Shown: positions 1 through 5,978 of the stretch, piece after piece
How the letters are laid out: every line of letters starts with the position of its first letter
Numbering within the stretch: position 1 is the stretch's first letter
DNA from: a virus
Taxonomy: Duplodnaviria; Heunggongvirae; Uroviricota; Caudoviricetes
DNA length: 10,888 nt
IMG/VR virus record: IMGVR_UViG_2600254997_000025
Strand: one strand, 5' to 3'
Made by a program: the position numbers and the translations under genes
The notes under the pieces: generated by a model
Database searches by the model: none
Told to the model about the DNA's origin: nothing
Seen by the model: the letters and a program-made list of their open reading frames with translations, nothing else

Positions 1-228
1 GGAAACACCAAACACCTTTTCAACCAGTTTCAGGCCGTCACCGGCACCACACTGATTGCAGTACCAGGTGCCGCGCCCCTCCCTGTCATCAAAACGGAAG
101 CGGTCACTCCCGCTACAGACCGGACAGGGCTGATGACGGTTTTCCAGCACCTGAATCCCCAGCGCCGGGAGAATACGCGGCCAGTGGCCGAGCGCATGGC
201 TGACGGTGGCGGTTACGTTCATTTTCAT
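1..228 (-). CDS. P4 alpha-type primase, N-terminal zinc-ribbon portion (gene continues past the left edge of the window)
   Basis: Minus-strand ATG at 228-226 opens MKMNVTATVSHALGHWPRILPALGIQVLENRHQPCPVCSGSDRFRFDDREGRGTWYCNQCGAGDGLKLVEKVFGVS with no stop down to position 1. The CPxC...CNQC spacing is typical of the zinc-binding domain of P4 alpha-family primases. AAGGAG (revcomp of 238-243) lies 9 nt upstream. Absent from the ORF track because it is truncated by the window. Confidence 0.7.
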   Translation of the reverse strand, partial: MKMNVTATVSHALGHWPRILPALGIQVLENRHQPCPVCSGSDRFRFDDREGRGTWYCNQCGAGDGLKLVEKVFGVS

Positions 229-242
229 GGTGTTGTTCTCCT

Positions 243-563
243 TCAGTGCAGTACTGGCGCTTTTATGTGACGGGCACAGAGTTCATCCATCACAACCAGC
301 CCGAGAAAGGACAGCGACGGCGCGGCCTTCAGGGGGCCGGATTCCATTAAATCTTCCAGCAGGGCACAGGCTATCTGACGCCCTTTTTCCTCACCGTGCT
401 GGCGCAGATAAAAGCCTTCCAGCTCAGCGGCGATGGCCGCCTCCAGTGATTCAAGGGTGAGATGCGGGTAGCGGTGCTGACGTTCGCACACGGTCAGCCA
501 GGCACAGGCGACAGCGCGACGGTAAAGGGCAGCGCGTAAGACGGGCGGTAAGGGTGTTTTCAT
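243..563 (-). CDS. Small protein, 106 aa, immediately upstream of the primase gene (the position P4 cnr occupies, as recalled); function not recognised from sequence
   Basis: ORF in track. GGGAGG (revcomp of 571-576) sits 7 nt upstream of the ATG at 563. Its stop at 243-245 overlaps the primase RBS, giving a tight operon. Same strand as all neighbouring genes. Confidence 0.55.
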
Positions 564-698
564 TTGCTTTCCTCCCTGTGACAGATGACTGCATTCTGTG
601 CCGGTTGCATTAACTGATAAGGCATATCTGCGTCTCCTGAAGACGTGCGTATCCCTGCGCGAATACGCACATTTAATTTTTCGGGTGTCGTTTTTTAA

Positions 699-1154
699 TT
701 ACAGATAATTGCGGTAACTGTTATCCGGTGTGATTTCCGGGTCAGGCTCCGTGCGGGGAATTTCCCGCCATTCCCGCGCCACCGGTGCCGCCCGGCTGGC
801 CGGAACAGGGTCCTGCGGGTAAATATCCAGATATTTCACCCGCCATTTCTGTAATTCCGGGTCTCCGGCCATTTCTTTCAGTACCGCATGCCGGTTTACG
901 GGGCTGCGTTTAAACAGGTCAGGACGGTCACAGGTAAATTCCCGCAGAAAACGCCCCAGCGGGATGTCTGTGGTGCGCCCGTCAGCGAGGATACGCACAA
1001 GGATACTGAATTTACGGCGGTACGGGTTCCAGACAATGTCCGGGCAGCGGTACGGCATTTCCCACGGAATACCGTCTTCCAGAATGCCGACCACGGCCAC
1101 ATCGGGAAAACCGGCAGAACGGTAAATCTCACCGGGCTGGGGAAAATCAAACAT
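699..1154 (-). CDS. Hypothetical protein, 151 aa (same size and relative position as P4 orf151, recalled from memory)
   Basis: ORF in track. GGAG lies 9 nt upstream of the ATG at 1154, and the ATG overlaps the TGA (1149-1147) of the upstream frame. No motif recognised by eye. Confidence 0.5.
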   Translation of the reverse strand: MFDFPQPGEIYRSAGFPDVAVVGILEDGIPWEMPYRCPDIVWNPYRRKFSILVRILADGRTTDIPLGRFLREFTCDRPDLFKRSPVNRHAVLKEMAGDPELQKWRVKYLDIYPQDPVPASRAAPVAREWREIPRTEPDPEITPDNSYRNYL

Positions 1155-1434
1155 GCGTCCTGTCTCCCCGGTCTTTCTGCTGGGCGAGAAAATCGCGGCA
1201 CAGGCCTTTGGCTTTCAGCTCATTCAGCACAAAATCAATATCTTCATTCAGGTAGCTGAAAATATGCGGAATGTAGAGCTGATGCAGGCCGGAGAGTTCA
1301 CGGTGAATCAAATCACCCCCAACAAACTGGGATACGGCGCTGGCGCGGTTGAGCTTATGGTAAGCCTCAATGCTGAGGTGTTCACGGGCGTCATGACGCG
1401 CTGAGACGGTCTGAGGGGCTTTTTTATTACGCAC
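1147..1434 (-). CDS. Possible 95-aa protein with a GTG start (the position P4 epsilon occupies); uncertain
   Basis: Minus-strand frame is open from 1680 to 1147 but has no ATG. GTG at 1434-1432 is preceded by GGAGG at a 6-nt spacer and overlaps the stop of the 65-aa ORF (GTGCGTAA). Translation reads [95 protein letters not shown] competing plus-strand ORF 1153-1404 covers the same DNA. Confidence 0.3.
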   Translation of the reverse strand: MRNKKAPQTVSARHDAREHLSIEAYHKLNRASAVSQFVGGDLIHRELSGLHQLYIPHIFSYLNEDIDFVLNELKAKGLCRDFLAQQKDRGDRTHV

Positions 1435-1624
1435 GGGACCCCTCCACCACCGGCAGACGGGCAGCAAGGGAGAGCACATAGTCACGGACAAGGGAACGGC
1501 GGGCGCTGCGTTCATCACCGGCGACGGTGCGAAGCATACAGATACTGGGATGACGGTCTGCGCGACGGACAGCCGCAAACACAAAGACAAATTCAGGGTG
1601 TGAGGGGGTAAGGGTTGTAGCCAT
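1427..1624 (-). CDS. Possible small protein, 65 aa ([12 protein letters not shown]...VVEGSRA)
   Basis: Internal ATG of the 208-aa track ORF, preceded by a perfect AGGAGG (revcomp of 1633-1638) at an 8-nt spacer. That SD is itself part of the seqC-like repeat, so it may be coincidental. Confidence 0.3.
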   Translation of the reverse strand: MATTLTPSHPEFVFVFAAVRRADRHPSICMLRTVAGDERSARRSLVRDYVLSLAARLPVVEGSRA

Positions 1625-1632
1625 GATGGCAG

Positions 1633-1676
1633 CCTCCTTGAAGTAACAGTTACAGCTACCACTAGAGTTCCTACGC
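1633..1676 (-). promoter_or_regulatory. seqC-like antisense target repeat downstream of the CI-like segment
   Basis: Plus-strand CCTTGAAGTAAC (1635-1646) and GTTCCTACGC (1667-1676) are identical to copies at 1859-1870 and 1876-1885. Also contains GCTACCAC complementary to the CI-like segment. Confidence 0.35.
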
Positions 1677-1680
1677 TCAT

Positions 1681-1740
1681 GGGTGGTAGCCCGGACGGGG
1701 GTAGGAATACCGGCCTTCAAGGAAACCGGCCAGCCCGAAG
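1681..1740 (-). ncRNA. Candidate P4 CI-RNA-like immunity RNA (seqB-like segment)
   Basis: On the transcribed minus strand this segment carries CCUUGAAGG, UUCCUAC and CUACCACC. These are complementary to CUUCAAGG and GUAGGAA in the two flanking repeats, and to GUGGUAG (revcomp of 1655-1662) in the downstream repeat only. It is GC-rich with internal GGCCGG/CCGG self-complementarity. Confidence 0.35.
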
Positions 1741-1856
1741 GCTGCCCCGCCCGGACCACCATTATCTGACAGAGGCTACGGTTTAAAAACCACAGCCAGA
1801 AAAACAGGTGTGCCGAAGCAACGACGTAAAAAAAAGACGCATGGCGCGTCATATGT

Positions 1857-1885
1857 CGCCTTGAAGTAACTCGGGTTCCTACGCC
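1857..1885 (-). promoter_or_regulatory. seqA-like antisense target repeat in the leader of the leftward operon
   Basis: Second copy of the CCTTGAAGTAAC...GTTCCTACGC pair, about 20-50 nt downstream of the predicted promoter on the minus strand. Confidence 0.35.
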
Positions 1886-1913
1886 CGGCTGCCGATTTTG
1901 CGGCAGCGGAAAA

Positions 1914-1943
1914 ACTATATCCGCAAATGCCGGAAAAAGGCAA
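1914..1943 (-). promoter_or_regulatory. Candidate sigma70 promoter for the leftward immunity/replication operon (PLE-like)
   Basis: Minus strand reads TTGCCT (revcomp of 1938-1943), an 18-nt spacer, then TATAGT (revcomp of 1914-1919). A 7-bp hairpin (GCTGCCG/CGGCAGC, 1888-1907) sits at the predicted start site. Confidence 0.35.
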
Positions 1944-1956
1944 GCCAGTGTATGGG

Positions 1957-2989
1957 TCCACCACATATTGCAATTTTTATTCTCTTTTAAAATATATTCC
2001 ACGGGCGTCATTAGTGCGAGCGCCTTGTGGGGTCTTTTGCTGTTATACAGCACCAGATATTCCGCCAGCTTCTGGTTAAATAGCGCCAGATCTTCAAAGA
2101 GTAAAATCTCATTAAATTCAATAAACTGCTCTCTTAACGTCCGGTTAAACGTTCACAGATAGCGTTTCATTTTTTGGCGTGTAGGGATAGGTCCAGAGGT
2201 TGTTTGATAGCGGCTTTCCTGCAGCGTTTTTGTCGAAGTTTCCCAGGAACTCTTTTCCGTTATCTGTGATTATCTGGCTGATACCGACCGGGAACAACCG
2301 GGCTGCGCGGCTGAAGAAGTGATTGACGATATCACTGTTGAGTGACGGCACAGCCAGCGCCAGCGCGTAATTGCTGCATTCGTCGATCATGGTGATGACA
2401 TAGCGACGCAGTTCGCCCATTCTGAGCTCAATGGCGTCCATCCCAATGAGCTCACCTGTCTTTACCGGGCGGTAGTGCTTTGGCCTGCGGGGTTTGGCAG
2501 ACCGCTTTTGACAAGCAGTGCCTTCCCCCGCGATCCCAGACGCACAGGTATCATCCGCATTTTATCATGTGCGGCAGCGATCATTCTGCCGATGGTGGAA
2601 ACACTCGGACAGGCCAGATAGCGCTGTTCGCACCAGGGCTTCAGGCGAACAAAAATCTGCTCTTTACCGAGGTTCGGCAGCTCTGTCCTGAGGCGTCGAA
2701 TCTCTTTCAGCACATCGGGATGCCAGTGTTTTTTTCGTCGCACCAGAGGTGCCTTACTGTGCGGGATTAGCCCCTCAGGTCCTTCCTTGTTCAGTAACTG
2801 ACGCCACCAGTAAAGCGTGCGGCAGGACACGCCAAAGGCTTCAGAAGCTGCAGAAATACCGTGTTTATCCCAGAAGTGCAGAGCCTTCATTCTCATTGTT
2901 GCTATATCAGCCATCACTGAAAGCCTCAACGCATAATCGGCCGTTTGGTAGTACTTAGGATAGCCAACCATCAGATGCTGCATTTGCAT
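1957..2989 (-). pseudogene. Degraded DDE transposase (IS481-like), split over three frames
   Basis: Track ORF 2462-2989 has an N-terminal HTH-like region (GISAASEAFGVSCRTLYWWRQLL). ORF 2145-2441 has an rve-type core with ITDNGKEF. The start of ORF 1427-2053 has the transposase C-terminal signature [18 protein letters not shown]. The pieces are in different frames with gaps. Confidence 0.5.
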
Positions 2990-3035
2990 AGTGCAATCTC
3001 CCCTTACTTATCCGGAGGCAATTGCAATATCTCTG
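1957..3035 (-). mobile_element. IS remnant of about 1.08 kb inserted between vis and the immunity region; boundaries approximate
   Basis: ATATTGCAATT at 1966-1976 is an inverted copy of AATTGCAATAT at 3020-3030, a candidate terminal inverted-repeat core. Only 11 bp is shared, so the ends are not precisely defined. Confidence 0.4.
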
Positions 3036-3082
3036 TGAACTTACACAGCCAGAAAAAGGGAGTTTTTGCAGAGCGGGCATCA

Positions 3083-3349
3083 TCATGCGTCGTACCCCCG
3101 TTTGCGTCCGGCAATGCGTCCGGCCATCCATGCGGTGACTTCAGAGTGCAGCCAGGCCACATTTTTACCGCCAAGACTCACCTGCGGCGGAAATTCCCCC
3201 TTACGGATGAGTTCGTAGATGGTCGAGCGTGACAGGCCGCACAGGTGCATCACTTCCGGAAGACGTAAAAAACGCTCCTGTGTGATGTCCGGCAGCGGCA
3301 TCAGTGGCGTCACAGGGGCGGGAGACGGGGAAGAAAAAACAGCTTGCAT
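3083..3349 (-). CDS. vis: Vis/AlpA-family HTH regulator (excision/transcription regulator), 88 aa
   Basis: ORF in track. ERFLRLPEVMHLCGLSRSTIYELIRKGEFPPQVSLGGKNVAWLHSEVTAWMAGR matches the AlpA/Vis helix-turn-helix pattern. GAGG lies 7 nt upstream of the ATG. The 88-aa length matches P4 Vis (orf88) as recalled. Confidence 0.75.
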   Translation of the reverse strand: MQAVFSSPSPAPVTPLMPLPDITQERFLRLPEVMHLCGLSRSTIYELIRKGEFPPQVSLGGKNVAWLHSEVTAWMAGRIAGRKRGYDA

Positions 3350-3451
3350 CGGGCTACCTCGTTAATGTCCATACAGCACCGGATAAGTCCGTCCGGCTTC
3401 GGGTAGCGCTTTATTTTGTGAATATTTTCAGCAGACGCAACAGGGGGGATT

Positions 3452-3469
3452 TGTTCCGGCAGCCTTACA
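3452..3469. promoter_or_regulatory. TGT-N12-ACA dyad, candidate Delta/Ogr activator site for a leftward late promoter upstream of vis
   Basis: TGTtccggcagccttACA seen directly. The dyad centre is about 110 nt from the vis ATG, compatible with a site centred near -55 and a leader of about 55 nt. Confidence 0.4.
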
Positions 3470-3495
3470 ATGCTTGTGTATTTTTTGTTCATCTC

Positions 3496-3525
3496 CACTT
3501 AAAGTCATTTAAAGCCACTTAAAGC
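3496..3525. repeat. Three tandem 10-bp direct repeats (CACTTAAAGT / CATTTAAAGC / CACTTAAAGC)
   Basis: Seen directly, with one-helical-turn periodicity, in the divergent intergenic region. Confidence 0.6.
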
Positions 3526-3628
3526 AATTCGTAATTTTTATAGTGAAATACAAATCGTTTTTTCTTATTCATTCCCGGCGAATTAATAAAAACAAACAGT
3601 AATAAACAGCACAAAAAGCCCATCAACG

Positions 3629-3733
3629 GGTGAACAGTGGTGAACAGACGGTGAACAGTCATTACTGCAATTGTTCACCCTTTAACTTACTGTATTACTT
3701 ATCTTTTTTCTTATGGTGAACAGAGGTGAACAG
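3629..3733. repeat. Iteron cluster: five direct GGTGAACAG copies plus one inverted TGTTCACC; resembles P4 alpha-binding iterons (crr/ori-like)
   Basis: GGTGAACAG at 3629-3637, 3639-3647, 3650-3658, 3715-3723 and 3725-3733, spaced 10-11 bp apart. Inverted TGTTCACC at 3672-3679. As recalled, P4 alpha binds TGTTCACC octamers in ori and crr. Confidence 0.55.
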
Positions 3734-3810
3734 TAAAATATAAAAAACAAACAGTAAGCCGGTTTTTCCTGCGACCTTTTCCTGGCTTGCCGGTCTGAGG
3801 ATGAGTCTCC

Positions 3811-3828
3811 TGTGTCAGGGCTGGCACA
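3811..3828. promoter_or_regulatory. TGT-N12-ACA dyad, candidate Delta/Ogr activator site of the sid late promoter (Psid-like)
   Basis: TGTgtcagggctggcACA seen directly. The dyad centre is about 80 nt upstream of the sid ATG at 3901. Confidence 0.45.
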
Positions 3829-3900
3829 TCTGCAATGCGTCGTGTTGTTGTCCGGTGTACGTCACAATTTTCTCAACCTGAAGTGACGAGGAGCCGGAAA

Positions 3901-4635
3901 ATGTCTGACAACACCATCCCTGAATATCTGCAACCCGCACTGGCACAACTGGAAAAGGCCAGAGCCGCCCACCTTGAGAACGCCCGCCTGATGGATGAGA
4001 CCGTCACGGCCATTGAACGGGCAGAGCAGGAAAAAAATGCGCTGACGCAGGCCGACGGAAACGACGCTGACGACTGGCGCACGGCCTTTCGTGCAGCCAG
4101 TGGTGTCCTGAGCGACGAGCTGAAACAGCGCCACATTGAGCGCGTGGCACGCCGGGAGCTGGTACAGGAATATGACAATCTGGCCGTGGTGCTGAATTTT
4201 GAACGCGAACGCCTGAAAGGGGCGTGTGACAGCACGGCCACCGCCTACCGGAAGGCACATCATCACCTTCTGAGTCTGTATGCAGAGCATGAGCTGGAAC
4301 ACGCCCTGAGTGAAACCTGTGAGGCGCTTGTCCGGGCAATGCATCTGAGCATTCTGGTACAGGAAAATCCGCTCGCCAACACCACCGGGCATCAGGGCTA
4401 CGTCGCACCCGATAAAGTTGTCATGCAGCAGGTGAAATCATCTTTGGAACAGAAAATAAAACAGATGCAAATCAGCCTCACCGGCGAGCCGGTTCTCCGG
4501 CTGACCGGACTGTCAGCGGCAACGCTCCCGCACATGGATTATGAGGTGGCAGGCACACCGGCACAGCGCAAGGTGTGGCAGGACAAAATAGACCAGCAGG
4601 GAGCAGAGCTTAAGGCCAGAGGACTGCTGTCATGA
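3901..4635 (+). CDS. sid: Sid-like capsid size-determination (external scaffold) protein, 244 aa
   Basis: Internal ATG at 3901 of track ORF 3835-4635, with GAGGAG (3888-3893) at a 7-nt spacer. Gives 244 aa (MSDNTIPEYLQPALAQLEKARAAHLENARLMDE...). First gene of a sid-delta-psu triplet, and its stop overlaps the delta ATG (ATGA at 4632-4635). The earlier ATG at 3835 lacks an RBS. Confidence 0.75.
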   Translation: MSDNTIPEYLQPALAQLEKARAAHLENARLMDETVTAIERAEQEKNALTQADGNDADDWRTAFRAASGVLSDELKQRHIERVARRELVQEYDNLAVVLNFERERLKGACDSTATAYRKAHHHLLSLYAEHELEHALSETCEALVRAMHLSILVQENPLANTTGHQGYVAPDKVVMQQVKSSLEQKIKQMQISLTGEPVLRLTGLSAATLPHMDYEVAGTPAQRKVWQDKIDQQGAELKARGLLS

Positions 4636-5132
4636 TTTACTGCCCGTCGTGTGGACATGTTGCTCACACCCGTCGCGCACATTTCATGGACGATGGCACC
4701 AAGATAATGATTGCACAGTGCCGGAATATTTATTGCTCTGCGACATTTGAAGCGAGTGAAAGCTTTTTCTCTGACTGTAAAGATTCAGGAATGGAATACA
4801 TTTCAGGCAAACAGAGATACCGCGATTCACTGACTTCTGCCTCCGGCAGTATGAAACGCCCGAAAAGAATGCTTGTTACCGGATATTGTTGTCGGAGATG
4901 TAAAGGCCTTGCACTGTCAAGAACATCGCGGCGTCTGTCTCAGGAAGTCACTGAACGTTTTTATGTGTGCACGGATCCGGGCTGTGGTCTGGTGTTTAAA
5001 ACGCTTCAGACCATCAACCGCTTCATTGTCCGCCCGGTCACGCCGGACGAACTGGCAGAAAGCCTGCATGAAAAACAGGAACTGCCGCCAGTACGGTTAA
5101 AAACACAATCATATTCGCTGCGTCTGGAATGA
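4632..5132 (+). CDS. delta: Delta-like late-gene transactivator with tandem Ogr-type zinc fingers, 166 aa
   Basis: Two Cys4 units: CPSCGHVAH...CRNIYC and CCRRCKG...CTDPGC. This is the duplicated Ogr-like architecture of P4 Delta, and the 166-aa length matches as recalled. Confidence 0.8.
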   Translation: MIYCPSCGHVAHTRRAHFMDDGTKIMIAQCRNIYCSATFEASESFFSDCKDSGMEYISGKQRYRDSLTSASGSMKRPKRMLVTGYCCRRCKGLALSRTSRRLSQEVTERFYVCTDPGCGLVFKTLQTINRFIVRPVTPDELAESLHEKQELPPVRLKTQSYSLRLE

Positions 5133-5205
5133 GGGCTGCCGGTTAACCCCGGCCGTCGCCGCACACCGTATTTTTATTCTTCAGCATGATGAGAAAGAGA
5201 TAACG

Positions 5206-5808
5206 ATGGAAAGCACAGCCTTACAGCAGGCCTTTGACACGTGTCAGAATAACAAAGCAGCATGGCTGCAACGCAAAAATGAGCTGGCTGCGGCCGAACA
5301 GGAATATCTGCGGCTTCTGTCAGGAGAAGGCAGAAACGTCAGTCGCCTTGACGAATTACGCAATATTATCGAAGTCAGAAAATGGCAGGTGAATCAGGCC
5401 GCCGGTCGTTATATTCGTTCGCATGAAGCCGTTCAGCACATCAGCATCCGCGACCGGCTGAATGATTTTATGCAGCAGCACGGCACAGCACTGGCGGCGG
5501 CACTGGCACCGGAGCTGATGGGCTACAGTGAGCTGACGGCCATTGCCCGAAACTGTGCCATACAGCGTGCCACAGATGCCCTGCGTGAAGCCCTCCTGTC
5601 CTGGCTTGCGAAGGGTGAAAAAATTAATTATTCCGCACAGGATAGCGACATTTTAACGACCATCGGATTCAGGCCTGACGCGGCTTCGGTGGATGACAGC
5701 CGTGAAAAATTCACCCCTGCGCAGAACATGATTTTTCGCGTAAAAGTGCGCAACTGGCATCACGTCAGTCTGTGTAAAATTCCCCGAAAATCCGCCTGTT
5801 TTTACTGA
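5206..5808 (+). CDS. psu: Psu-like polarity-suppression / capsid decoration protein, 200 aa
   Basis: Third gene of the late triplet, with AAAGAG upstream of the ATG. N-terminus MESTALQQAFDTCQNNKAAWLQRKNELAAAEQEY. The call rests on synteny plus recalled similarity. P4 Psu is recalled as about 190 aa, so the C-terminus may differ. Confidence 0.7.
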   Translation: MESTALQQAFDTCQNNKAAWLQRKNELAAAEQEYLRLLSGEGRNVSRLDELRNIIEVRKWQVNQAAGRYIRSHEAVQHISIRDRLNDFMQQHGTALAAALAPELMGYSELTAIARNCAIQRATDALREALLSWLAKGEKINYSAQDSDILTTIGFRPDAASVDDSREKFTPAQNMIFRVKVRNWHHVSLCKIPRKSACFY

Positions 5809-5810
5809 AA

Positions 5811-5841
5811 AAAGCCATGCATCGATAAGGTGCATGGCTTT
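5811..5841 (+). terminator. Hairpin immediately after psu stop, possible terminator of the late operon
   Basis: AGCCATGCA (5813-5821), 9-nt loop, TGCATGGCT (5831-5839): a perfect 9-bp stem flanked by an A run before and TT after. The T tract is short, so intrinsic termination is uncertain. Confidence 0.4.
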
Positions 5842-5916
5842 GCATGCGTTTCCCTGCCTCATTTTCTGCAGACCGCGCCATTCCCGGCGCGGTCTGAGCG
5901 TGTCAGTGCAACTGCA

Positions 5917-5944
5917 TTAAAACCGCCCCGCAAAGCGGGCGGGC
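5917..5944 (-). terminator. Candidate intrinsic terminator for the minus-strand cargo operon
   Basis: On the minus strand GCCCGCCCGC, loop TTT, GCGGGGCGG form a GC-rich stem (about 8 bp with one bulge) followed by TTTTAA. It lies about 35 nt downstream of the last cargo gene stop and is not followed by a T run on the plus strand. Confidence 0.4.
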
Positions 5945-5960
5945 GAGGCGGGGAGAGCAT
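5942..5960 (+). other. P2/P4-type cos site (cohesive-end 19-mer), uncleaved prophage form
   Basis: GGCGAGGCGGGGAGAGCAT matches 17 of 19 positions of the P2/P4 cohesive end GGCGAGGCGGGGAAAGCAC as recalled from memory. It sits directly after psu, as in P4. Confidence 0.6.
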
Positions 5961-5978
5961 TGCGCGCAGGTAAAAAAA

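Noticed and set aside
206-460. Plus-strand 84-aa ORF
   Set aside because: Antisense to the primase N-terminus and the 106-aa ORF, with no RBS. Opposite to operon direction.
888-1259. Plus-strand 123-aa ORF and minus-strand 101-aa ORF (896-1201)
   Set aside because: Both are embedded in the better-supported 151-aa ORF, either in an alternative frame or antisense.
1386-1425. Rho-independent terminator after the plus-strand ORF 1153-1404 (GGGGCTTTTTTATT)
   Set aside because: The T run is not preceded by a convincing GC-rich hairpin (the palindrome GCGTCATGACGC is too far and the adjacent stem has a 1-nt loop), so it gives no support for plus-strand transcription here.
1776-2162. Small ORFs 1776-1973 (minus) and 1968-2162 (plus)
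   Set aside because: They overlap the predicted promoter/leader region and the transposase remnant, and have no RBS.
2480-3232. Plus-strand ORFs 2480-2770, 2749-2958 and 2945-3232
   Set aside because: Antisense to the transposase remnant and vis; shadow ORFs.
3304-3522. ORFs 3304-3522 (plus) and 3310-3498 (minus) in the vis upstream region
   Set aside because: They overlap the vis start and the promoter/repeat region, and have no RBS or recognisable product.
3496-3733. Possible CRISPR array suggested by short direct repeats
   Set aside because: The repeats are only 9-10 bp with 1-2 bp or irregular spacing and no unique spacers of 25-40 bp. They fit iterons or binding sites, not CRISPR.
3835-3900. 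Upstream ATG at 3835 as the sid start (266-aa product)
   Set aside because: It has no RBS, and the N-terminal extension MRRVVVRCTSQFSQPEVTRSRK is atypical. ATG at 3901 has GAGGAG at ideal spacing and gives 244 aa.
3862-4408. Three minus-strand ORFs inside sid (176, 122 and 134 aa)
   Set aside because: Antisense shadow ORFs in GC-rich coding DNA, with Arg/Ser/Ala-rich low-complexity translations.
4873-5100. Plus-strand 75-aa ORF inside delta
   Set aside because: Alternative frame of the well-supported delta gene.
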